A stretch of DNA of 64,000 nt from an uncultured Thermoplasmata archaeon. GTDB lineage: Archaea > Thermoplasmatota > Thermoplasmata > Halarchaeoplasmatales > Halarchaeoplasmataceae. The stretch covers positions 7,086 through 71,085 of the forward strand of contig CAYMXS010000007.1 in assembly GCA_964394465.1 (NCBI GenBank). The letters run 5' to 3'. The position numbers were made by a program, and so were the translations under genes. Of the stretch, positions 27,718 through 36,456 are shown in pieces. The notes beneath the pieces were generated by a model. That model worked only from the letters and a program-made list of their open reading frames with translations, ran no database searches and had not been told where the DNA came from. Position 1 is the stretch's first letter. Each line of letters starts with the position of its first letter.

Positions 27718-30678
27718 TTGTTGGATGAAAAGGACGCGCTGGACGCCCTTGAGATAATGAGCGAGGAGAAGTTTAGACATACCTGTATAAACCTCCTCGA
27801 GAACATGGGTTTCAGTATATCTTCTGTCAAGACCAGCGCAGGGGACATCCTTTTGGAGGGGAGCATAGAGAGGAAGGAAGGAGCCGAAGACTACGTTATC
27901 AAATGTTCAAGGTCGGGGGCCGAGCCTTCGGATGATATCCAGGAACTGAGGGAACTGTTATCTCCCCAGGTGAACGGCCTGTATATAGCTACAGATGATA
28001 GGGCAGAATATCTTCAGACGAGCGAAGTCGAGGTGGCTCCTCCATCGAAGTTATATCGACTGCTCAAGAAGTTCGATATGCTTTCACACTTACGCCCTGA
28101 AGAGGAGGGAGAAACGGTAGAATACAGGGCCGAGCAGATACTCGAAAGGGGCGACGATTACAGACAGAAGGGGCACACCAAGAAGGCTCTACAGATGTAT
28201 GATAAGGCGATCCAGCGGTCTTCCGAGTCCGGGCAGGCATACATGAAAAAGGGAAATTTACTTTTGGATACCGGAGAAGTAAAGAAGGCTGTAGAATCCC
28301 TAGAGAGAGCTATCGAACTGATACCGGATTCGCCGAAAGCGTGGGTAGAACTTGGTAAATCCTACCAGCAAGCAGGGGAGTTAGAGAAGAGCAAAGAGGC
28401 GTATAATAAAGCGCTGGATATAAATGAAGATTACTTGGAGGCCTGGAAGTTAAGGGGGAAGATACTATACGAAGAGGGAAACTACGACAGAGCCATCTCC
28501 TCCTTCGAACGTATCCTGGAGATAGAGCCCCAAGATGAGATCGCCTGGAACAACTTGGGATTATGTCATCTCAAGAGGGGGGACCTGAAGAAGGCCCAGA
28601 ACTCTATCGAGAACGCCATCTCCATCAGATCTGATTTTGAGGAAGCCAATCTGAACAAGGCTTTGGTACTGGAGAAACGGGGGAAGATAAATAAAGCTCT
28701 AGATGTGGCCGAACGTTTGATCGAACTCGACCCTAAAAGCGCGGAGTACCATTATATCAAAGCAGCCTACGAGAAAGAGTTGAACCAGTTCGAAGATGCC
28801 TGGGGATCAGTACAGAGGGCAATACAGTTAGATCCAGAGTACGAGAAGGCAAGGAACCTGAGTTTCGAGATAAGAGAGAGACTTGACGAGATGGAGGTAA
28901 GAGAAAAAAGGATGGAAGCCGCTGAGATAGAGACCGTTGGAGAGGCCAAAGAGAAGGCGTTATCAGAGGACGAACTTGAGGATGGGAAAGAAAAAGAGGG
29001 GGAGAAAAAGGAGGAGAAACATGAAGAGAAAGAAACTCAAATTATAAAGGAACAGGGGCGCTACGTGGAGAGATTTGAGACAGAAAGAGAAGCTGAAAAA
29101 GGTCTGCTTCAGGAACAGCTGGAGGAGACTGGGTCGGAGATAGATAAGCTACGAAAGGAGAAGAAGGGACTGGAAGATAGGGTAGAGGAACTGGAGGAGA
29201 ATTTGGCAGATATAGATGATAGTAAGCTTGCAGGTAAGACAGAAGATATAGAAAGTATCAAGGAAGATCTAGAAGAAAAGGAAAGACAGTTACAAGAGCT
29301 CCAAGTGAAGAAAGAGGAGCTGAAGAAAAAAGAGGCTACACGGAAAGAAGAGATCGAAAGATTAAGGAAGGAAAAAAGTGCGCTAGAAGATGAACTTTCC
29401 AAAAAAGAAGAGGAGGTCGGTGTCCAAGCGGAAAAAGAAATCGAGCGGAGAGAGCAGATTATAGATGAGCTGAAGCAGGAGAGAAATAGGCTGAGTAAAG
29501 AAAAAGAAGAGTTGGAGTCAAAGATCGATGAGTTAAAGGAGGAGAACGAAGATCTCAAAGAAAAGATCGAGCAGCATACAGAGGTAGGAGGTGAGTCAAA
29601 AAAACTCAAGGAGGAGCTAGAGGATAAAAAGGAGGAGCTCGAAAGGGTAAAGAAAGAGAACGAAGAGCTGAGAATGGAGCTCTCCACGCTTCAGGAGGAA
29701 AGGGAGAGGAAGGACCGGCTCGAGAGAGAGAGAGAAGCACTAGAAGAGTCCGAAGATATCCTGGATAGGGAAGAAAACTATCATGAGAGCCTATTACTAT
29801 GGCAGATCGATGATATCGAAGAAGCCTTGGAGCACATCCCCGATGACGCCCAAGACGATGAACTTTTAAACCTGGCCGGATGCTGCCTTTACGAGGACGA
29901 TAATTTCTACTCAGCGGAGGTGATGTTCAACAAGGCCGGCGAAGATATACTCGCTAGGTACAATCAAGAGGAGCTCTACTATCAAACCGAACAGTTCGAG
30001 AAGAGCATAGAGGTCTCTGAGAAGATAATCAACGACGGTCCCGATATGGTGGTCAGCTGGTTGAAGAGAGGGGAGAGTCTCCGGACCATGGAACAGTTCG
30101 AACCCGCCATCAACTCCTATCTGGTTGCTGAAGAATTCAGTGAAGGTGATTTGATCGATTTTACACAGGCAAAGGCTAGGTGTAGAGTCGAGATAGAGGA
30201 TTGGAAGAGCGGCCTAGGTGATCTTAGAGCCATCTTTACCGGTTCGTGTGAATATGCTGTCAACCTAGAGGCTATATTCCTGTACAAGTGTAGGGAGTAC
30301 AGTGAGAGTTTGGAGACCCTCAAGAAAGTCGTTTCTAAGGACGGAAGCACCGCCCATAACAATAACCTGGGCTGTGTAGCCCATGACCTTGAAAGGTATG
30401 GAGAAGCACTCTCCGCCTTCGATAGAGCACTGGAGGAGGAACCAGAGAACACTGTATTCCTGAATAACCTAGGGTTCTGTCAGCTAGAACGTAATCTGGT
30501 GGACGCTTCACTGGAGACCTTCAACCGAGCACTTGATATCGATGAGAATGATCCGGTGAGTTGGTATAACAAAGGGATCGCATTGAAAAGATTGGACGAG
30601 GATAACTGGAGGGACATGATAGACAAGGCCCTCGACCTCGAGCCTGATTTCAGTGCAGCGAAAGAGATGCTCAGATAG
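27718..30678 (+). CDS. Large TPR/coiled-coil protein with a degenerate N-terminal Mrr-like (restriction-endonuclease fold) domain.
   Basis: N-terminal FRHTCINLLENMGF...AGDILLEG...VIKCSRSG resembles the Mrr_cat layout, but the catalytic D/E-K is not conserved. TPRs at 150-400 and 680-980. A roughly 250-aa E/K-rich heptad coiled coil lies in the middle. TTG start in the track; an ATG at 27757 is an alternative. Confidence 0.55.
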   Translation: MLDEKDALDALEIMSEEKFRHTCINLLENMGFSISSVKTSAGDILLEGSIERKEGAEDYVIKCSRSGAEPSDDIQELRELLSPQVNGLYIATDDRAEYLQTSEVEVAPPSKLYRLLKKFDMLSHLRPEEEGETVEYRAEQILERGDDYRQKGHTKKALQMYDKAIQRSSESGQAYMKKGNLLLDTGEVKKAVESLERAIELIPDSPKAWVELGKSYQQAGELEKSKEAYNKALDINEDYLEAWKLRGKILYEEGNYDRAISSFERILEIEPQDEIAWNNLGLCHLKRGDLKKAQNSIENAISIRSDFEEANLNKALVLEKRGKINKALDVAERLIELDPKSAEYHYIKAAYEKELNQFEDAWGSVQRAIQLDPEYEKARNLSFEIRERLDEMEVREKRMEAAEIETVGEAKEKALSEDELEDGKEKEGEKKEEKHEEKETQIIKEQGRYVERFETEREAEKGLLQEQLEETGSEIDKLRKEKKGLEDRVEELEENLADIDDSKLAGKTEDIESIKEDLEEKERQLQELQVKKEELKKKEATRKEEIERLRKEKSALEDELSKKEEEVGVQAEKEIERREQIIDELKQERNRLSKEKEELESKIDELKEENEDLKEKIEQHTEVGGESKKLKEELEDKKEELERVKKENEELRMELSTLQEERERKDRLEREREALEESEDILDREENYHESLLLWQIDDIEEALEHIPDDAQDDELLNLAGCCLYEDDNFYSAEVMFNKAGEDILARYNQEELYYQTEQFEKSIEVSEKIINDGPDMVVSWLKRGESLRTMEQFEPAINSYLVAEEFSEGDLIDFTQAKARCRVEIEDWKSGLGDLRAIFTGSCEYAVNLEAIFLYKCREYSESLETLKKVVSKDGSTAHNNNLGCVAHDLERYGEALSAFDRALEEEPENTVFLNNLGFCQLERNLVDASLETFNRALDIDENDPVSWYNKGIALKRLDEDNWRDMIDKALDLEPDFSAAKEMLR

Positions 30679-30694
30679 TTTCTAGAGAATCGGA

Positions 30695-30768
30695 TGCGGC
30701 TGCCGGGATTCGAACCCGGGCCACAAGCTTGGGAAGCTTGGGTCCTAACCAGTCTAGACCACAGCCGC
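30695..30768 (-). tRNA. tRNA-Gly (anticodon CCC).
   Basis: Hand fold on the minus strand: acceptor GCGGCTG/CAGCCGC, anticodon stem CAAGC/GCTTG with loop TTCCCAA, T-arm CCGGG-TTCGAAT-CCCGG, discriminator A. Confidence 0.8.
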
Positions 30769-30776
30769 GACGGGAT

Positions 30777-30803
30777 GAGGGGGACCCCTTTGTTTCAAGT
30801 GGA
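30777..30803 (+). repeat. Left copy of a perfect 27-bp inverted repeat (gagggggacccctttgtttcaagtgga). It contains a GC hairpin (AGGGG-ga-CCCCT) followed by a T-tract.
   Basis: Exact reverse complement found at 33939-33965. Confidence 0.8.
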
Positions 30804-30844
30804 GACGGAGGAAGATAAGGCGGTGTAAGAAGTCACTTTTTAGA

Positions 30845-31243
30845 TCAACGATCCAAACCGTACTCCTCTTCCTTCTCTATGACCTTATCCTCGTATTCGG
30901 GACCTAAAGTCAAGGCGAGGGTCTCTATCCTAGCGATGTTCTTCCTGAACTTGCTCTTGCTCTTCGTCTCGTAGAGTTCCTTGAACTCTTTCATCTTTCT
31001 GTATCTATCGAAGATGAACCAACCAAATATGATAAGAAGGAACGCACCTATGACCAGGAGCCAGTACTTCCAGTTACCTATCAGACTGGTCATATCCTTT
31101 ATGAACTGGGGTGAGTACTTCTGAAGGAATACCCCGAACAACCCGATTATGAACATATAAGCAGCTCCTATCAGTATCAGGATAGAGATGAGAATTTGAT
31201 GCTTACGGAACTTGGTTTTTAGACTCATAGAGATGAAAATCAA
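30845..31243 (-). CDS. Small membrane protein (3 TM) with a charged C-terminal tail.
   Basis: 132 aa. Lies downstream of lpd on the same strand. Confidence 0.4.
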   Translation of the reverse strand: MIFISMSLKTKFRKHQILISILILIGAAYMFIIGLFGVFLQKYSPQFIKDMTSLIGNWKYWLLVIGAFLLIIFGWFIFDRYRKMKEFKELYETKSKSKFRKNIARIETLALTLGPEYEDKVIEKEEEYGLDR

Positions 31244-31305
31244 AGTGTTTTACTTAAATTTTTTCTTGAGTGGATATGATTTTATTATATTATGACGTTG
31301 TGATC

Positions 31306-32712
31306 CTAGTGTTGATGTCCTCCTTGCCCATGGGTGCGTGAATGGGAGTGAAGGTTTTTAAAAGCCCTATCCACGACTTCACTCAGAGATGGATGTATGT
31401 GCATGCCACGATAGATGGGGACGAAACTCTGTGTGTTGGTATACATCAGGTTTATTATCTCGTGGATCAGCACCGAGGCCTGTGGCCCCACTATATGTGC
31501 CCCTAGAATCCTGTGGGTTCGTTTATCCACTATTACTTTCACGAAGTAGTCCTCTATATCCATGGCCGAGGCCTTTGCCGTGCTCTCGAAGGGAGCATAG
31601 CCAACCAAGATGTCGTACTTTTCTTCTGCTTCCTCCTCGGTCATACCGACGGAAGCCACCTCAGGATATGTAAAGACAGCATGTGGAACCGCATGGTAGT
31701 CCGCTTCTACCGTCTCATCGGTGAAGGCATTCTGATAGACCACTTGAGCTTCATAGTTGGCCACATGCTTGAACATGTGTTCTCCCGTGGCGTCTCCCAA
31801 GGCGTATATACCGCTCTTCGTGGTCCCCAATGTTTTATCTACCTTTATCCATCCTTTATCGGTCGTTTCCACTCCACTTTTCTCCGGCTCTAGTAGATCC
31901 GCGTTCGAACGTCTCCCCGCTGCGATAAGGATCTCCTGGGAATCGACCGTTGCTTTTTTCCCTTCTTTGTTCCTAGCGATCAATCTTTTCTTGCCACCTT
32001 TTTTTTCTGCCTTTACAACCTCATATCCAGTATGTATATCCATACTTTCAGACAGCTTGTTCTTCAGAACCGTAGAGACCGCTTTCTCCTCTGACGGTAC
32101 GAACTGTGTATTCCTGCCTATTATGGTCACATCAGCCCCCATCATGGAGAGGAAATAACCGTACTCCGCCGCGATATAACCCCCACCTATTATGGAAACG
32201 CTAGTAGGAAGATATTCTAGATCCAGTATGGTCTTGCTGGTAAGATAACCTACATCCTCTATATTCTCTATGGGGGGTATCCCGATTCTTGAGCCTATCC
32301 CCAGTATTATCTTGTCTCCTTTTATGGTCTCTCCTCCCACCTTCATGGTATAGTCATCGACGAACTGTGCCGTATCCTGATAGAAATCTAGATCATCGGT
32401 ATCGTTTAGATTTTGACCTATCTGTTTACTCTCTGGCCTGACGTGATTCCTCATCCTCTCCATGACGTACTGAAAATCTATATCTTCTATCTCCGAGTCG
32501 ATGCCGAACCTTCCCGAATCCTTTATAGTGTTAACCACCTCAGCTGGATACAGCAGCATCTTGGAAGGGATACAGCCCCTCGTCAAGCAGATTCCACCGG
32601 GGGCCTCGTTCTCTATAACCGCTATGTCCAAAGAGGGCTCTTCCTGGAGCACTTGAGTCACGATGCTCATGGCAGAGCCTGTACCTATCGATATAACATC
32701 ATATTCTTTCAT
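31306..32712 (-). CDS. lpd: Dihydrolipoyl dehydrogenase (class I pyridine nucleotide-disulfide oxidoreductase), likely the L-protein partner of the divergently transcribed gcvT.
   Basis: FAD-binding GxGxxG (ISIGTGSAM), redox disulfide GGICLTRGCIPSK, NAD-binding GGGYIAAE, and C-terminal HIHPSLSE dimerisation/His-Glu motif. Confidence 0.7.
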   Translation of the reverse strand: MKEYDVISIGTGSAMSIVTQVLQEEPSLDIAVIENEAPGGICLTRGCIPSKMLLYPAEVVNTIKDSGRFGIDSEIEDIDFQYVMERMRNHVRPESKQIGQNLNDTDDLDFYQDTAQFVDDYTMKVGGETIKGDKIILGIGSRIGIPPIENIEDVGYLTSKTILDLEYLPTSVSIIGGGYIAAEYGYFLSMMGADVTIIGRNTQFVPSEEKAVSTVLKNKLSESMDIHTGYEVVKAEKKGGKKRLIARNKEGKKATVDSQEILIAAGRRSNADLLEPEKSGVETTDKGWIKVDKTLGTTKSGIYALGDATGEHMFKHVANYEAQVVYQNAFTDETVEADYHAVPHAVFTYPEVASVGMTEEEAEEKYDILVGYAPFESTAKASAMDIEDYFVKVIVDKRTHRILGAHIVGPQASVLIHEIINLMYTNTQSFVPIYRGMHIHPSLSEVVDRAFKNLHSHSRTHGQGGHQH

Positions 32713-32835
32713 GATTACCCTCTTAATACTTCCTAATTTTCAGTACATTACGGGGTTATACCCTATTAAATTTGTTGTAAACCTCTCTTTCTACATTAAA
32801 GATAAAAACTTTAAACTAGAATCTAATACCGGAGA

Positions 32836-33937
32836 TATGAAAGAAACAGCTCTTCATTCAAAACATAAAGAAGCCGGAGCCAAGATGACGAACTTCGGCG
32901 GTTGGGAGATGCCACTGAAGTTCACCAGTATAACCGAGGAACATCAAGCAGTCAGGAACCAGGTCGGTGTCTTCGACGTATCGCACATGGGTGAGATTTA
33001 TCTGGAAGGGGACGGAGCCATAGAGTTCATGAGCGAGCACTGTACCCAGGACATAGTCTCTTCAGAGGTGGACCAGATCAAATATGCCCATATGCTGAAC
33101 GAAGACGGAGGTATCTTGGACGACACGTTGGTCAACAAATTGTCCGAGGATTCATGCTATATCGTCCCCAACGCGGGAAATAACGAAAAGATATACGATT
33201 GGTTTGCAGAGGAAGGAGGAGAGGAATACATAATCGATATAACAGAGGAGACGGTCATGCTGGCCATCCAGGGACCAGATGCGGAGAAACTTCTTTCGGA
33301 TATGTGTAAAGAAGACATATCCGATATAGAGTTCTTCTGGGGCAAGAAGATGGAGATGAACGATGAGATCATGGACGCCTTCGACGAAGAATGGCCCATG
33401 GCCGATAAACCCATAGTGCAAAGAACTGGTTATACCGGGGAAGACGGCTTCGAAGTGGCCTTACCCAATGAGAGCGGTGTAGTACTCTGGGAACAGTTAC
33501 TAACGGCTTCCATCCCTCCCACCAAATGCGGTCTAGGCTCAAGGGATACCCTTAGATTGGAGTATGGGTTCCTTCTGTCTGGACAGGACTTCGATGAAGA
33601 GAGAACGACCATCGAAACGGGATGGGAAGAACAGTCCATCGATTGGGACCACGATTTCGTGGGAAAAGAAGCCCTTGAAGAGGTAAAAAAGAAGGACCAT
33701 CAGATGCTGAAGGGCATCAAGATGATAGACAAGGGCATACCCAGGCATGGTTATGATGTTTACGACGAGGATGAGAAGATAGGAACGATAACCAGCGGGA
33801 CGCGTTCTCCGACGCTGAAAGAAGGTGTTGCTTTGGGCTATCTAGACCCGGGGTACCATGAGGAAGGAACGACTATACAGGTAGAGATAAGAGGAGAAAA
33901 AAGAGAAGCTGAGGTAACGAACCCACCCTTCGTATGA
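32836..33937 (+). CDS. gcvT: Glycine cleavage system T protein (aminomethyltransferase).
   Basis: Start re-placed at MKETALHSKHKEAGAKM with GGAG 6 nt upstream; the track's 32663 start overlaps lpd. GcvT motifs (FGGWEMPLKF...VFDVSHMG...). Confidence 0.75.
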
Positions 33938-33938
33938 T

Positions 33939-33965
33939 TCCACTTGAAACAAAGGGGTCCCCCTC
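33939..33965 (-). repeat. Right copy of the 27-bp inverted repeat (reverse complement of 30777-30803).
   Basis: tccacttgaaacaaaggggtccccctc. Sits between the gcvT stop and the start of the M42 peptidase gene. Confidence 0.8.
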
Positions 33966-33968
33966 GAG

Positions 33969-35057
33969 GTGAGAATCATGGACAAAGGAATAAAAGAACA
34001 GGGTAAATTAAAAGGTCTAGACGTGTTCAGCGAGGTCCTGAAAACGCCGGGTGTCTCAGGCTACGAGGGTCCCATACGGGAGAAGATTAGAGGCCTTCTA
34101 GCCGATCACGTAAAGGTAGAAAGACCGGAAACCATACGAGAGGACAACATAGGCAACCTCATATACTCCATAGAAAACGAAGGTCCTTCCATCGGTCTGG
34201 TAGCACACATGGACGAGATAGGCCTGGTCGTTTCAAACATAGAGGAGGACGGTTACCTCAGGATAAAGAAGATCGGAGGCGTCCCAGATCCGCTTTTACC
34301 GGGAAGACACGTGAACATACACACGGAGGAAGGCCCCATCAACGGCGTGATAGGCCACAAGCCGCCCCACTTGACAACGGACAAGGATAAGAAAGACGAA
34401 GTGAGTCCATGGACAAGCATAAGGGTTGACGTCGGCGCCTCCTCTGCTGAAGAGGTCAAGGAGTTGGGGATAGACGTTCCGGACCCCATCACGTTCCAGA
34501 AGAACCTGAAGAGGTTGAACGGTACGATGATCTCTGGCCGGGCCTTGGACAACCGTATAGGCTCCTTCGCGCTCCTTGAATCACTGAGAAGGCTGAAGGA
34601 CGAAGATCTCAACGTCAACGCATCCTATGTCTGGAGCGTCCAGGAAGAGATCGGACTAAGGGGAGCTAAAGTCGTCGCCAACACGCTAAAACCGGATTAC
34701 GTCATAGCTTTAGATACCTACACGACCACGGACATGCCCGGTATAGAAGAGTTCTATAAGCCCATAAAGTTCGGTCAGGGGCCCGTTTTGAGGATGGTGG
34801 ACGACAGGGCCATATCATCGCCTCGACTGGTGGATTATTTCAAGGACTTGGCCCAAGAAAAGGATATACCGGTACAGTACGGAGTTACTGGCGGAACGAC
34901 CGACGGCATGGCGCTCCAGGAGTCCGGATGTCTGGCCATATCCATAGGCGTTCCCGTAAGGTACTCACATTCGACCGTAGAGTGTGGTGACTGGTCCGAC
35001 ATCAGGAACCTGATAGAACTGATCACAGAGGGAGTTAAAGAACTCCCCCTGGGATGA
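33969..35057 (+). CDS. M42-family aminopeptidase/endoglucanase-like (FrvX/TET-type).
   Basis: 362 aa. M42 metal-binding motifs (HMDEIG, ALDNR, EEIGLRGA, HS). Confidence 0.7.
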   Translation: MRIMDKGIKEQGKLKGLDVFSEVLKTPGVSGYEGPIREKIRGLLADHVKVERPETIREDNIGNLIYSIENEGPSIGLVAHMDEIGLVVSNIEEDGYLRIKKIGGVPDPLLPGRHVNIHTEEGPINGVIGHKPPHLTTDKDKKDEVSPWTSIRVDVGASSAEEVKELGIDVPDPITFQKNLKRLNGTMISGRALDNRIGSFALLESLRRLKDEDLNVNASYVWSVQEEIGLRGAKVVANTLKPDYVIALDTYTTTDMPGIEEFYKPIKFGQGPVLRMVDDRAISSPRLVDYFKDLAQEKDIPVQYGVTGGTTDGMALQESGCLAISIGVPVRYSHSTVECGDWSDIRNLIELITEGVKELPLG

Positions 35058-35091
35058 TCTTTTTTTACCTTCCTTTTTTGTCTTTTGGTTT

Positions 35092-36456
35092 CTAGAACTC
35101 CGTAGCACCGGTGAAGTTGAACTCGGACAGATGCAGGGCCGGCGTAACTACATAGGCGGGATAATAGCCCAGTGAGAACAGTTCTCTTTCCTTTCCGATG
35201 CTCTTGACGGAGCTCAACGCTTCCAATAGATTCTGTGTGAACCGCAGGTTCTTCAACGGTCTTGTAACCTCTCCGTCCTCTATCAGCCAGGTACCGTCTC
35301 TAGTGAGACCGGTGAGTATACTCTTTACCGGATGCACTGGCCTGCAGTAGTTGAACCTTGTCACAAGTATTCCTTTTTCGGTGTCTTCTATCATCTCGTT
35401 GATATCTCCTGAACCGGCGCCCATCAGCATGTTCATAGGCATGGGGCTCTGAGCGCTCGGCATGGGGAGCGCATGTCCAGTAGACTCCCTCCCTTCCTCT
35501 TTTCCGGCGGTGTAGGAATCGTAAACCACTTCGTTCGCGATGCCGTCTTTTATCATGTCGACCCTTTTCTTCCCCACGCCTTCATAATCGAAGGGGAATC
35601 CGATGGTCTCATCGTGCAGCGCGTCATCGTAGATGTTTATCCGCTCATCAACGATCTGTTCTCCGAATCGGTCCTTCATGAAGCTCATACCTTCCTGGAC
35701 ACTCCGGGCGCTGAAGCCCATGAAGCCCAGATACATCAGGATACTCTTCACGGCCAGCGGCTCCAGTACCACTTCGTACTCTCCGGGCTCTATATTCTGG
35801 GTATTCAAGTTGTTCAGTCCTTTCTGGACAGCCTTTTCGGCCACCTCCAGATGATCTATATCGTTAACGTCCGCAGAGTAAAATTCACCTCGTCCGAAGC
35901 CCTGGTCGTTGTCCCAGTCCGCTATGGCCGTGGTGCTGAGATTCGCCTTCGTGAGAGACTTGGATTTCCTTATTCCGTTGCTGTTAGCCACGGTCAGTGA
36001 GATGACGTCAGTCTCGAAGGAGCCGTACATCCTATCCACTTTTTTATCCCTGCCGTACTCAACGATCTCCTTCACTTTTTCGGCGCGCTGATCAGGGGTG
36101 TATTCAGCTGTGTCTTCGAAGTAGCTCTCCTTTACCCCTCTTTTTTGCCCACCTTCTTTTTCTTCTGGCAGTCCTTTGAAATGCTCGTCCTCTCTCTGAT
36201 GACCCGCTATGGTCTCCGCCTTTCTCAGGCATCTTTTGAGCGAATCCTCATCTAAGCGGTTCGTCGTGGAGGAACCCACTTTCTTTCCATCTACGGCCCT
36301 TATGGAGACCTTCTGGTCCTCTCTTGCTATGTTCTGATGGATCCGTGAGTTGGCGAAACGTGTCAACGAGGTCTCGTTCTCAGTTATCACTATCTCGACC
36401 TCGTCGACTTCTTTGTTGTCCAGTATCGTTTCTACAGCCTCTTCTTCTCCTACCAT
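35092..36456 (-). CDS. TldD/PmbA (U62) family protein, PmbA/TldE-like partner lacking the HExxxH motif.
   Basis: 454 aa with PmbA_TldD-family C-terminal domain. 7-bp overlap with the upstream tldD gene. Confidence 0.7.
   Translation of the reverse strand: MVGEEEAVETILDNKEVDEVEIVITENETSLTRFANSRIHQNIAREDQKVSIRAVDGKKVGSSTTNRLDEDSLKRCLRKAETIAGHQREDEHFKGLPEEKEGGQKRGVKESYFEDTAEYTPDQRAEKVKEIVEYGRDKKVDRMYGSFETDVISLTVANSNGIRKSKSLTKANLSTTAIADWDNDQGFGRGEFYSADVNDIDHLEVAEKAVQKGLNNLNTQNIEPGEYEVVLEPLAVKSILMYLGFMGFSARSVQEGMSFMKDRFGEQIVDERINIYDDALHDETIGFPFDYEGVGKKRVDMIKDGIANEVVYDSYTAGKEEGRESTGHALPMPSAQSPMPMNMLMGAGSGDINEMIEDTEKGILVTRFNYCRPVHPVKSILTGLTRDGTWLIEDGEVTRPLKNLRFTQNLLEALSSVKSIGKERELFSLGYYPAYVVTPALHLSEFNFTGATEF

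Noticed and set aside
29109-29687. 192-aa Ser/Leu-rich ORF antisense to the coiled-coil region of the 986-aa gene. Similar antisense ORFs occur at 7148-7786, 24517-24831, 25324-25632 and 26095-26532.
   Set aside because: These are low-complexity mirror ORFs generated by GA-rich repetitive coding sequence on the opposite strand. They have no start context or domains and are fully nested in well-supported genes.
32663-32835. 5' extension of gcvT in the ORF track (MLMAEPVPIDITSYSF...).
   Set aside because: It overlaps the convergent 3' end of lpd on the other strand and has no GcvT homology. The conserved GcvT N-terminus begins at the Met at 32836, which has a GGAG ribosome-binding site upstream.
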